The translations under genes were made by a program, and so were the position numbers. Shown piece by piece: positions 7,627 to 16,909 of a stretch of 40,447 bases of DNA (the first letter of the stretch is position 1; each line of letters opens with the position of its first letter). Source of the stretch: a virus; the IMG/VR virus record IMGVR_UViG_3300050505_000427; one strand, 5' to 3'. The notes beneath the pieces were generated by a model. That model was given only the letters and a program-made list of their open reading frames with translations. It was not told the origin of the DNA and did no database searches.

Positions 7627-9945
7627 GTGTTCTATATAGTAGCCCCTAACACTCATCTCCTAACCCCCTGGCTCCGCGCAGCCGGCCTTCGCGACAGCGA
7701 CTTTAGCTTTACCACCAGCCCACAAAGCGGCCACATAAATCTAATCGTAGACCGCGATAAAGATCACTGCTACCTCTTAGAACAACCCTTCAGCACTATC
7801 CTTATCCACTGCCCCGAACCGAGTACCCTCTTCCAAGACCCAATTAACGAACTTTTCATCCAGACCGCAATCGCTAAGGCTAAGGCTATCGGTTTAAAAG
7901 AGCCCTACACTCGTTTCCAAGAAACCACAAAGGTACTGCGTACCTTTGATGACCTAGAAAATCTCTTCGCGATCTTGCAATCGCAGTCTAATATAAGCCT
8001 AGATATAGAACTCTATGAAGAAGAGATCAGTGCCATAGGCTTTGCCTACCGCAGCGGAAGTGAAACATATCACGGCTACTCTATGCCCCTCATGATCGGA
8101 ACGGAGAGTGCATGGTCCCCCGAAGAAGAAGAGTTTTTTTGGACACAGCTCGCGCTTCTCTTCGCAAAACCTAATTGTACCTGGATATTTCAAAACTATA
8201 TCTTCGATTGCCTGTGGCTAGCACGGCTAGGGCTTACCCCAAATGGAGACATTATCGATACAATGATAATGGCACATCTATGGAATCCAGAAGCCCCTAA
8301 GTCGCTTCGCGACTTAGCCCGCTTATACTTGTTCTGCGATCCCTGGAAAGATCAAAAAAGCTGGGTCGCAACAGATAGCCTCTTCGAGTACAACGCTAAA
8401 GACGCTACCCGCACCCTTGCCATACGCGATGTACTAGACACCCTTCTTGCCGAAGACTCTCGCCGGGCCTTTTACTACGGCCACCTCATGCCCCTCAGCA
8501 AAGAAGTCCTCAATCTCTGCATTCGCGGCCTTGTAGTAGACCACCAGGCCCTCGCCGAAATGAAAGCTTCGCTTATCGCCCAGGTAAGAGAAACCTTTTT
8601 CAAAATGCAGGCTATCTACACACCCCAGCTTCCTCCAAAAGTCCAGCATTTGCTTCGCAAAGGAAAGATCCGCCCGGGTAGTAAATACTTTACAAAAGAC
8701 CTAGAGGGGAACTTTATTGCCTGTCGCATTTCCCCCACCCTAACATCTATTAAAAAATTAGGCTTTCCTGTCTACGAGCGCATAGAAAAACCTCAGATTT
8801 TTCGCCCAAGCTCTACCAAACAGGTACAAGCCCTTCTCAAACAGGCCGGCATTCGTTTGCCTCGCAAACGCAGTAAAGCGGGCAAAGAAGGTGTCGAGAC
8901 TACCGACAAAAAAGCACTCAAGAAGATTCAAGCCAAGCAAGGCAACAAGAGCGCGCTTCCCGGAGAGCTTCTCGCCTTCCGTTCCGCAGCAAAGCTCCTT
9001 ACTAGCTATGCCTACGTAAAGCTAGACTCAGATGGTCGCCTCCATACCAGCATTAACCTTACAGGCGGCAAGGATACAAGCGAAGGAGCCGATGAGAAGG
9101 ATAGCGGCGGTGGCGGAACCGTTACGAGCCGTTTCTCTAGCCAAGCCACTCCCTGGGGTACTGGCTTTAACATTCAAAATATTCCAAAAAGCTTTCGCCA
9201 CATCATCATTCCCAGTCACCCGGACTGGGTGCTCTTAAGCCTTGACTTCAAAGCCGCAGACCCTCACGTAGTCGCGTGGCTCAGTGGAGAAGACAAGATG
9301 CTAACCGCTATGGACCAGCCTGGCGGCGACTTGCATAGCCTAACGGGAAGCGCAATCGCAGGCTTTAACATCCGCGAAACAGAGGGCTTTGACGCGGACA
9401 CTAACCCCTTTCGCAAAAAAGGCAAAGCCGCCAACAACGGCCTTAACTATGGCATGCAACCTAAAAAGTTTGCAGTCGAGGCCGGGATGGACCTTACCGA
9501 AGCCGAGAGAATCTTTGATCTTTATTTCAAGCTCTACCCGGGCATAAAAGACTGGCACAAACGCACGCAAGCAGAACTTATCAAGACAAAAACTATCTCG
9601 ACCCCCCAAGGCCGCAAAAGGCGGTTCTATGGAAACTACTATGACTACTACAGCCGAATAAAGCTTGTCCAAGAAGCTCTAGCCTATGTCCCTCCCACAG
9701 TAGTAGCAGACTGCGTTAACATGCTTTGGCTACGCCTCGTAGCCGCCGAAAATGTCCCGGAGTTCAACGTCCTTAATCAGATCCATGATGCCTTGCTCCT
9801 AGAGTGTCATCGCGAGAGCATACCAGAACTGAAAGTCCTAATTAATAAAACGATATCTGAAATAACCTTCCCCTGCGGGCGCTATGAACGCTGCGCTTTC
9901 ACTGTCGATATAAAAACCGGCCCAAATTGGAGAGATATTAAATGA
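7627..9945 (+). CDS. Family A DNA polymerase with an N-terminal 3'-5' exonuclease domain
   Basis: Exo motifs SLDIELYEEE, NYIFDCLWL and YNAKDA. Pol motif A LLSLDFKAADPHV, motif B RKKGKAANNGLNYGM, motif C NQIHDALLLE. GTG start. Confidence 0.92.
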   Translation: MFYIVAPNTHLLTPWLRAAGLRDSDFSFTTSPQSGHINLIVDRDKDHCYLLEQPFSTILIHCPEPSTLFQDPINELFIQTAIAKAKAIGLKEPYTRFQETTKVLRTFDDLENLFAILQSQSNISLDIELYEEEISAIGFAYRSGSETYHGYSMPLMIGTESAWSPEEEEFFWTQLALLFAKPNCTWIFQNYIFDCLWLARLGLTPNGDIIDTMIMAHLWNPEAPKSLRDLARLYLFCDPWKDQKSWVATDSLFEYNAKDATRTLAIRDVLDTLLAEDSRRAFYYGHLMPLSKEVLNLCIRGLVVDHQALAEMKASLIAQVRETFFKMQAIYTPQLPPKVQHLLRKGKIRPGSKYFTKDLEGNFIACRISPTLTSIKKLGFPVYERIEKPQIFRPSSTKQVQALLKQAGIRLPRKRSKAGKEGVETTDKKALKKIQAKQGNKSALPGELLAFRSAAKLLTSYAYVKLDSDGRLHTSINLTGGKDTSEGADEKDSGGGGTVTSRFSSQATPWGTGFNIQNIPKSFRHIIIPSHPDWVLLSLDFKAADPHVVAWLSGEDKMLTAMDQPGGDLHSLTGSAIAGFNIRETEGFDADTNPFRKKGKAANNGLNYGMQPKKFAVEAGMDLTEAERIFDLYFKLYPGIKDWHKRTQAELIKTKTISTPQGRKRRFYGNYYDYYSRIKLVQEALAYVPPTVVADCVNMLWLRLVAAENVPEFNVLNQIHDALLLECHRESIPELKVLINKTISEITFPCGRYERCAFTVDIKTGPNWRDIK

Positions 9946-10103
9946 TTCCCTATGACAAGACGCCACTAGGCGACGAAGCAACCATTCAATTTATTCCTTT
10001 TGGCGAGAACCAGGAATTTCATCTCCGCGATGGCAGCGGAAGCTGTGTGATTCTCACGCTGGAAGAACTCTTGCGATTAAAGGACCTGCTATTGCAATTA
10101 TGA
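9942..10103 (+). CDS. Small hypothetical protein (53 aa)
   Basis: My own translation: MIPYDKTPLGDEATIQFIPFGENQEF... ATGA overlaps with both neighbours. Confidence 0.5.
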   Translation: MIPYDKTPLGDEATIQFIPFGENQEFHLRDGSGSCVILTLEELLRLKDLLLQL

Positions 10104-11278
10104 CACTTCTCGAAAAATGGAATAAGCTCCTTTCCGATTACAAATGGAGCTCTCTCTATACTAGCTGGGCTTTCCTCGCATGCGTCTCCGCGCTCCTGGA
10201 ACGTCGCTGTTGGTATAATGGTCAGATTCTTGGCAGAATCTATCCTAATCTTTATGTGGTTCTTGTAGGCGGCGCCGGTAGCGGCAAGACAACAGTCGCA
10301 GAGAGGGCAACTGAATGGCTCTTGGAAGGCCTGCCAAATCAACCCATTCGTAGCAGCAATGTCTTAACGCCAGCAGCCTTGATTAAAGAGATGAAACGTT
10401 CTTATGACGAAAAAGGTTTCCGCACGGGCACTTCCTGCCTCTTTACCTACAGTAGCGAGCTTGGACTCTTTATCAAGGACATCGGCGGCGGGGACATCAT
10501 AGACTTACTGATTGATTTCTATGACTCTCGCCGTCCCGGGCAACTTTGGACAAAGACTCTTATCAAAGACGGCAAAACCGAGATAATGAGTCCCCAGCTT
10601 ACGCTACTGGGATGTACTACCCCAAACTGGATCCAGCGCACGCGCCTCATCGATACCGCCGGAATAGGCTTCACGGGGCGCACCATTTTTTGCCACGAAG
10701 ACCTGTTTAGCCCCCGCCTTTCCCGCTTCCCGCAGGTAGACCAGGAGCTGCTAGCGCAGCTCCGAGACGAAATGAAAAGAATCTCTCTCTTGGAAGGAGA
10801 GTTCATAGTTATGAACGGCGCCCAGGCGGAGCTAGACAGCCTAGTCGATGAAATCAACCATTGGCTCTCTGAGCATCGAAATAGCGATGGTATCTTCCAT
10901 GCCTACATGGGCCGCAAGCTAGCAAATATTCTCAAGGTCTCCATGCTCCTTTCTGCCTGTCGCAATAATGAAAGAATTATCCTAGGTGAGGATGTCTCTC
11001 TCGCCAAAGCCTTATTCAAGGCTTTGGAGCCAAATCTCCTTAGCGCTTTCGGGACGACTATAAAGCACAAGGATGAAAGTCTCATGCAGAACATTATGAC
11101 CAAGTTCTCGTATGGAGATGAAATGAGCGAAGCTAAGCTCGTAGCACTTTTTGAGATGGAAGGCCAGAGCATACCCATAAACCAAGAATATCTCTCTTCT
11201 ATAGACGGCCTCCGCGTCCTCGGCCGTTTGCAAGTTGACATCCGCAATGGTATGCGATACTTTAAGAGGATACGCTAA
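10100..11278 (+). CDS. P-loop NTPase, DUF3987-like (putative replicative helicase)
   Basis: Walker A VVLVGGAGSGKTTV. 392 aa, located in the replication module. The family assignment is from memory. Confidence 0.55.
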   Translation: MTLLEKWNKLLSDYKWSSLYTSWAFLACVSALLERRCWYNGQILGRIYPNLYVVLVGGAGSGKTTVAERATEWLLEGLPNQPIRSSNVLTPAALIKEMKRSYDEKGFRTGTSCLFTYSSELGLFIKDIGGGDIIDLLIDFYDSRRPGQLWTKTLIKDGKTEIMSPQLTLLGCTTPNWIQRTRLIDTAGIGFTGRTIFCHEDLFSPRLSRFPQVDQELLAQLRDEMKRISLLEGEFIVMNGAQAELDSLVDEINHWLSEHRNSDGIFHAYMGRKLANILKVSMLLSACRNNERIILGEDVSLAKALFKALEPNLLSAFGTTIKHKDESLMQNIMTKFSYGDEMSEAKLVALFEMEGQSIPINQEYLSSIDGLRVLGRLQVDIRNGMRYFKRIR

Positions 11279-11279
11279 T

Positions 11280-12020
11280 ATGGATACAAACAAAAAACCC
11301 CGTATACTCTTTTTTGACGTAGAGACGACACCCGTTAAGGCGTGGATCTGGCGAACCGGCAAGCAAGTCCTACGACATGATCAAATTGTCGAGGGCCAGA
11401 AGTTTGATATTATCTGCATAGCTTATCGTTGGCAGCATTCCCCTAAGATTTATTCTCTGCAATGGAATCTGGCCAAACAAGATTCCAGTAAAATGATAAA
11501 TGACTTTGCGAAAGTTATAGAGAGCGCGGATGTTGTCATCGGGCAGAATAGTGATAGCTTCGACATTAAGCAGATAAACACTCAGCGCTTGCTGCACCGT
11601 CAGCCTCCTATCTCATGGCCAACTAGCGAAGACACTCGCAAGCAGATTAAAAAGCATTTTTATGTCACCAGTAGCAGTCTAGAATACATGAGCAAACTCC
11701 TTACTGGCAGCGGAAAAGATAAAATGGCTTTTCAGGACTGGATAGATATTATAGATAAGCACTCCGCGCTCGCGCTGAAAAAAATGGTTCGCTATTGCAA
11801 ACGCGACGTTCAAAAGCTATACGAGGTATGGAAAAGAATTGCTCCCTATGTCACCATCAAGGCCAGCCGCGCAGTTATTGCCAACACCGGGCAAGAGGCT
11901 TGCCCCAGCTGTGCCAGCAAGCTAACGCGTAAATACGGTTTTAGGGTGACGCGAACGGGAAAGAAACAAAGAATGCAATGTTACAGCTGCGCGCATACCT
12001 TCGAGTTGGCTAGTAGCTAA
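11280..12020 (+). CDS. Stand-alone DEDD 3'-5' exonuclease (RNase H-fold) with a C-terminal zinc ribbon
   Basis: FFDVETT, GQNSDSFD and YCKRDV match Exo I, II and III. CPSC...CYSC lies at the C-terminus. Start at MDTNKKPRILFF. Confidence 0.75.
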   Translation: MDTNKKPRILFFDVETTPVKAWIWRTGKQVLRHDQIVEGQKFDIICIAYRWQHSPKIYSLQWNLAKQDSSKMINDFAKVIESADVVIGQNSDSFDIKQINTQRLLHRQPPISWPTSEDTRKQIKKHFYVTSSSLEYMSKLLTGSGKDKMAFQDWIDIIDKHSALALKKMVRYCKRDVQKLYEVWKRIAPYVTIKASRAVIANTGQEACPSCASKLTRKYGFRVTRTGKKQRMQCYSCAHTFELASS

Positions 12021-12304
12021 GCTTTTTCTTTCTTATCCACTCGATCCATCCGTCCCCCGCAGTCTAGAATAGACTGCACGTCCTTATTCTGGCGATTTTT
12101 TCTACGATAACACTCTCTTCGCAGCCTCGTGCCCTTGTGAAGGGGCTTATCTTCTTTAAAACTTGCATCATAGTATTCTGCTACAAATTGGTTCAAAAAT
12201 TCCTTTTCCTTGGCGGAGAGCCTCTCGACATAGTCAAAATCCCATTGCCATTGATGATTCCTGGGAAGCGCTTTCTTTTTTAAGTATCTGTTTTTCATGC
12301 CCAT
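12017..12304 (-). CDS. Hypothetical basic protein, a lone minus-strand gene between the replication and packaging modules
   Basis: 95-aa ORF, convergent with the exonuclease gene and overlapping it by 4 nt. Confidence 0.6.
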   Translation of the reverse strand: MGMKNRYLKKKALPRNHQWQWDFDYVERLSAKEKEFLNQFVAEYYDASFKEDKPLHKGTRLRRECYRRKNRQNKDVQSILDCGGRMDRVDKKEKA

Positions 12305-12334
12305 TTGACAAGCCTATAGGGCTTGTGCTAACTT
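12305..12334 (+). promoter_or_regulatory. Candidate promoter for the packaging/virion operon
   Basis: TTGACA (12305-12310), 18-nt spacer containing the AAGCC/GGCTT inverted repeat, TAACTT (12329-12334). An AAGGAG Shine-Dalgarno sequence lies at 12357-12362. Confidence 0.4.
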
Positions 12335-12362
12335 AACTAAAGTTACCATAATCCTAAAAGGA

Positions 12363-12671
12363 GTGTCAACTTTGGTTACCAAGTCCCCCACAACCCAGAA
12401 TATTATCAATGATTTAACTAAGATGCTAAACGGCTATAAGACCACACAAAGGTTGCTCCGCAGAGGCTTTTTCAGCGGACGCGATGCCATGGATATCGCT
12501 TCGCTAAAGCATTTTTATGAGGTCTTGATTGCCAGTACAAAACATACCCTCGCGGAACAGCAAGCTATTGCCGATCAAGTGGCTGCCGTCGATAGCCTTG
12601 AAGTCATTCCCATGCAAGAACCTGTTGTAGAGGTTGCGACAAATGAAAGCTCGCCTACTGCAAATAGCTAA
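12363..12671 (+). CDS. Hypothetical protein
   Basis: 102-aa ORF with a GTG start. The in-frame TTG at 12372 has better spacing from the AAGGAG. Confidence 0.6.
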   Translation: MSTLVTKSPTTQNIINDLTKMLNGYKTTQRLLRRGFFSGRDAMDIASLKHFYEVLIASTKHTLAEQQAIADQVAAVDSLEVIPMQEPVVEVATNESSPTANS

Positions 12672-12990
12672 CTTCCTGCGCCTCCTCGACGAAGACGGCC
12701 TTGCCTCTCTCTCAAATATTGCTGTTATTGTGGTCCTTATTAAAATGGCTTTTTCAACAAGTATCTCGCTAACTGAAGCCGCAGCCCTCCTAACGGTCTT
12801 GGGCGCCTATAACTTCCGCCATTGGACCCGCGCTCGCGGTAAAGATGTCTCCACGGCGAACGCCAAGGCGTTCGCTGAGGCCTACCAAGCTCTCGCGGAG
12901 AGAGTCGCGACCGCCGAAACAGAACTCTCGAAAGTAAAGCTCTTGCAAGGATTAAGTAGCGATGGACTCGGATTACCTCAAGACAGCTAG
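12634..12990 (+). CDS. Membrane protein, hypothetical
   Basis: Contains two hydrophobic segments (IAVIVVLIKMAF, AAALLTVLGAY). The start is uncertain (12634 or 12643). Confidence 0.55.
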   Translation: MRQMKARLLQIANFLRLLDEDGLASLSNIAVIVVLIKMAFSTSISLTEAAALLTVLGAYNFRHWTRARGKDVSTANAKAFAEAYQALAERVATAETELSKVKLLQGLSSDGLGLPQDS

Positions 12991-13222
12991 ACGGTTACAC
13001 CGTTTAGTCGAAACCCAGATAGATGCCCTCGAAAAGATGGCCGGCGACAAGCTCTTAGCGGTCGAAGACATCTCTCGCATGGAAACCCTTGTCAAAATTA
13101 TTGCCATTCTCGCAGAAAAGATTAAGCCTTCGTCTAGCGGTCGCCGCCCGCTTGGCAAACGAATCAAGAGCGAGGACCTGCTTCGTTATGCTTCCGACGA
13201 CGATAACGACCCTGTAGGCTAA
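12962..13222 (+). CDS. Possible small terminase subunit
   Basis: 86-aa helical protein immediately upstream of the large terminase. Called on position only. Confidence 0.3.
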   Translation: MDSDYLKTARRLHRLVETQIDALEKMAGDKLLAVEDISRMETLVKIIAILAEKIKPSSSGRRPLGKRIKSEDLLRYASDDDNDPVG

Positions 13223-13228
13223 TCCCAA

Positions 13229-14632
13229 ATGCCTCGTTATAGCAAAAAAGAAGCTCGCGAACTTAGCTGGTATCGAGGCGATCTGCGCTACAAACTCAAA
13301 CCCCATCAGCGCCTTATAGAAGAAGCCTTTCGACAATCTAAGAGTTTGCTTTTTTACGGAGATTGCTCTCGTCGCACAGGCAAGACTTTTTGGGCCGCCC
13401 TTAAGTGCGTAGAGTGGGCCCTCACGTGCCAGAACCCCCTGCCTCGCATCTTTTATGCCAGCAGTACCAAAACCGGCCTCAAAAAATTTGCCATCCCAGC
13501 TTTCGAGATGATTCTTGCCGATTGCCCCGAAGAACTCAAACCCCGCTGGAAAGTAAGTGAGCTTACCTATACCTTTCCCCATAACGGAGCTGAAATCCAG
13601 CTTATTGGCCTAGACGTTAATCCTGAGGCTGGCCGCGGTAACAACGCAGACCTCTATGTTTTTGAGGAAGCCGGTTTCATAGACAAGTTAGACTATCTAT
13701 ACAGTAGCGTTGTGACCCCGATGACAGCGACTCGTCCCGGCGCACGGGTTATTATGATTTCCACGCCACCGTCCACTCCCGCACATCCTCTTACGACAAC
13801 CTTCCTGCCAAAAGCTCTCGCAGAGGGTAGTTATATTCTCTTGACAATCGACGATAACACTATGCTCTCTCCAGCGCAAAAAAAGGTTCTTCTCGAAGAG
13901 TGTCTTACTGAAACCGAGCGCCTGCGCGAATACTATTGCCGCCATGTCACAGACGAGAGCCTCAGTCTTTGCCCAGAGTGGTCCCCCGAGCATGAAGTCG
14001 AGCTATCTCGCCCTGCCTACTTTAAGCAATTGCATCGTTACGTAGCCATGGACCTGGGAACGAAAGTAGACCTCACGGCCATTGGTTTCGGCTGGTACGA
14101 CCGCCTCACAAGAGTCTTCTATCTAGAGCAAGAAGACTCTATTAACGGGCCAGCTATGACCACCATCGCACTGCGGGATATGGTTAGAAAGCACGAGAAA
14201 GCCATTTGGGAAGGGCTAGAACCCTATCGCCGTGTCGCAGACAATGATAATCCCCTACTGTTGCAAGATTTAGGTAGCCTCCATGGGCTCCATTTTGTTC
14301 CCACGGGGAAAGATGAGCTAAAGGCCATGGTAGATCAGGTCCGAGTAATGGTAAAAGAAGGCCGCATTAAGGTAAATCCCAAAACCTGCCCCAAAACCAT
14401 AGGCTGCCTTCGCTATGGCGTTTGGGATAAGCATCGCAAACGCTTCGGGCGCTCCGCCGCCTATGGCCATTTCGATCACTTTGCTATGCTTATGTATCTA
14501 ATTAGAAACATTGACCTCTATGGCGGCGATCCCATCGCAGAGCCGGGAAGAACTAAGCAGGCAGCTAAGGACCGGAAAGAGCTTGAGATTGCTTTAGAAG
14601 ACATGAGTGGGATCTTTGAGGGAACAGAATAA
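13229..14632 (+). CDS. terL: Terminase large subunit
   Basis: Walker A-like GDCSRRTGKT and Walker B-like DLYVFEEAGF. 467 aa, directly upstream of the portal gene. Confidence 0.85.
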   Translation: MPRYSKKEARELSWYRGDLRYKLKPHQRLIEEAFRQSKSLLFYGDCSRRTGKTFWAALKCVEWALTCQNPLPRIFYASSTKTGLKKFAIPAFEMILADCPEELKPRWKVSELTYTFPHNGAEIQLIGLDVNPEAGRGNNADLYVFEEAGFIDKLDYLYSSVVTPMTATRPGARVIMISTPPSTPAHPLTTTFLPKALAEGSYILLTIDDNTMLSPAQKKVLLEECLTETERLREYYCRHVTDESLSLCPEWSPEHEVELSRPAYFKQLHRYVAMDLGTKVDLTAIGFGWYDRLTRVFYLEQEDSINGPAMTTIALRDMVRKHEKAIWEGLEPYRRVADNDNPLLLQDLGSLHGLHFVPTGKDELKAMVDQVRVMVKEGRIKVNPKTCPKTIGCLRYGVWDKHRKRFGRSAAYGHFDHFAMLMYLIRNIDLYGGDPIAEPGRTKQAAKDRKELEIALEDMSGIFEGTE

Positions 14633-14652
14633 GGGAGCGCCGTCGTGCTCCC
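14633..14652 (+). promoter_or_regulatory. Stem-loop GGGAGC/GCTCCC between the terminase and portal genes
   Basis: 6-bp stem with an 8-nt loop. The 3' arm plus flank GCTCCCTG recurs at 24749-24756. Confidence 0.4.
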
Positions 14653-14664
14653 TGGGAGTCTTCA

Positions 14665-16569
14665 TTGTCAGACAAGTATTTTGCATCATTGCCGGCCTAC
14701 GATCTTATTGACGAGTTAGTTCTGCGTAAGGAGCGATATTATCGCTACCTGCATGAAACGGGGCGCACAGAGCTGCTACGCAAGGTCTATAATTTCACTA
14801 ATAAAAGTGCCTTCAAACGCGGTAGCCTCTCCCGAAGCGGTAACCTGGGCCAGTATGTTAACATAAACGTAAACCACTTTAGAAATCTCATAGACCATCG
14901 CAAGAGCCTTCTCGTAAACCAACGCCCCGCCTATGACCCAAAGGCCATTAACACAGACTATAAGTCCATGGCGCAAACCACCATCGCTAGCGGCCTTTTA
15001 GACTACTATAGCCGCGTGGAAAAGTTAGAACGTTACCAGGCCGAGACTGCGGACCTGGCGATCCGCTATGGAGAAGGGTTTTTATACGGGGGATGGAACC
15101 CAAGCGGCGGCAAGGAATACGGTCGACATCCTGAGACTGGTGCTATTATCTATGAAGGAGACCTTGAGTTTGGATCCTATAGCACTTTCGATGTCATAAG
15201 AGATATTCACTACCGCAAAGCTAATTGTGACGAGTGGATCTTGCTTCGCAAGAGAGCTAATAAGTTTGAGATCGCCAGCCAGGCGGGTCTCTCCGAAGAG
15301 ACAAAAGAAGAAGTAATTCAAGAGAGCTATAGCGAGTTCCAGGGATTTTTAACCGATTTCGTTATTCGTCGCTTCTACGACAGCCCTACAAATGAACTCA
15401 TAAATAAATGGTGCTTTTATCATAAGCCTACCCCGGCCATGCCACAGGGAAGAATATTGGAGTTCACGGAAGGAGGCATTCTCTTATTTGACGGCCCGCT
15501 TCCTTACCGCAGCCTTCCCGTGATCCGCATGAGCGCGGGAGAGATGGAAGACTACATTTACGGCTATAGCAATACCTTTGATCTCGTCCCTCTCCAAGAA
15601 GCCATAGACAAGCTCTATAGCGTAGCGCTAACCAATAACGCTACCTTTGGCGTCCAAAATATTGCCATGCCCCGCGGAGCCGGTCTCACAGTAAGCCGTC
15701 TTGCCGGCGGTCTTAACCTTGTAGAGTTCGATCCCAAAGCCGGCAAGCCTGAGCCTCTTCAGTTAACTGCTACGCCAGTAGAACTCTATAACCTGATTGC
15801 AGTTTTAGAGCAAAAAATGGAAACCCTCTCGGGGATTAATAGTGCAGCCCGGGGCGAACCTGAGAGCAATCTCCGCAGCGCAAACAGCGTGGCGCTTGTC
15901 CAGACAATGGCCATTCAATTTGCTCAGGCCCTTCAGCTTAGCTACGTCCAGATGCTAGAGGACAGCGCTACCATGGTCATCCAAAATCTTCAAGACTATG
16001 CCAGCACCCCACGCGTCGCGCTCATTAGCGGAAAAAACAACAGCACCTATCTACAAACATTTAAAGGCGAAGACCTGGCAGACATCCATAGAGTAGTCGT
16101 TGACATGGGCAATCCAGTTATGAAGACCCTTGCCGGTCGCACCGACGCGGCCAATAGCCTCTTACAGTATAACCAAGTTAACGCCATGCAATATCTAGAG
16201 GTCTATAAAACTGGTAACTTGGAAGTGATGACGGAGGGTCCGCACGCACAAATGATGGGAATTCGTAAGGAAAATGAGATGCTTATGGCGGGTAAGAAAC
16301 CCCGCGCTCTCTCAATTGATAATCATGAATTGCACATTTTAGAGCATAGCACCGTTACTAGCGACCCGGAAATTCGGGAGAATGTTGCGATTCTTAGCCC
16401 AACATTGGAGCATATTGCCGAGCACCAGGCCCTTTTAGCGCAGCAACAACCGCCTATGCAAATGTCCCCGGAACAGAATAAACAAAAGCCTTCTCAAAGT
16501 GAAGGAAATCCCGCTATGTCTAGTGGTCCTGGAGCAATCCAACCGCCTAGCACAGCTCCCAAGGAGTAA
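14665..16569 (+). CDS. Portal protein
   Basis: 634 aa directly after terL. TTG start 6 nt after GGGAG. Q/P-rich C-terminal tail. Confidence 0.75.
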   Translation: MSDKYFASLPAYDLIDELVLRKERYYRYLHETGRTELLRKVYNFTNKSAFKRGSLSRSGNLGQYVNINVNHFRNLIDHRKSLLVNQRPAYDPKAINTDYKSMAQTTIASGLLDYYSRVEKLERYQAETADLAIRYGEGFLYGGWNPSGGKEYGRHPETGAIIYEGDLEFGSYSTFDVIRDIHYRKANCDEWILLRKRANKFEIASQAGLSEETKEEVIQESYSEFQGFLTDFVIRRFYDSPTNELINKWCFYHKPTPAMPQGRILEFTEGGILLFDGPLPYRSLPVIRMSAGEMEDYIYGYSNTFDLVPLQEAIDKLYSVALTNNATFGVQNIAMPRGAGLTVSRLAGGLNLVEFDPKAGKPEPLQLTATPVELYNLIAVLEQKMETLSGINSAARGEPESNLRSANSVALVQTMAIQFAQALQLSYVQMLEDSATMVIQNLQDYASTPRVALISGKNNSTYLQTFKGEDLADIHRVVVDMGNPVMKTLAGRTDAANSLLQYNQVNAMQYLEVYKTGNLEVMTEGPHAQMMGIRKENEMLMAGKKPRALSIDNHELHILEHSTVTSDPEIRENVAILSPTLEHIAEHQALLAQQQPPMQMSPEQNKQKPSQSEGNPAMSSGPGAIQPPSTAPKE

Positions 16570-16573
16570 TTAA

Positions 16574-16897
16574 ATGCCCGAGATTTTAGGACAACCCAAA
16601 ATAGACCAAAATAGAACGTTATTGGAAACTACCAGTGCCGTTAGCTTGGCCGTAGACGTTACCAACATAAAAGATGCTTTCATAGTAGTTCACTATGGCG
16701 CAAACGCTGGGGGCAATATCAAGCTACAGGCCAGTGATGAGAATGTCTCGGCAAGCTTTTCCGACATAACTACCGCTACCACGGCCGCAGATGTTGCCGG
16801 GGGTTCGGTTCAGTGGAATGTAATCGGGTTAATGTCAAAATATGTCCGTATTATCGTCCCTGCCAGTGCTGCGACTCGCGTCGTCATGCAAGGCTAA
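16574..16897 (+). CDS. Small virion-module protein (beta-rich)
   Basis: 107-aa ORF. By eye it resembles the C-terminus of the 19189..20493 product. Confidence 0.6.
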   Translation: MPEILGQPKIDQNRTLLETTSAVSLAVDVTNIKDAFIVVHYGANAGGNIKLQASDENVSASFSDITTATTAADVAGGSVQWNVIGLMSKYVRIIVPASAATRVVMQG

Positions 16898-16909
16898 TAG
16901 GAGTCCCTA

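Noticed and set aside
13055-13582. Minus-strand ORF of 175 aa
   Set aside because: It lies antisense to the small-terminase candidate and to the terL 5' end, and has no independent support.
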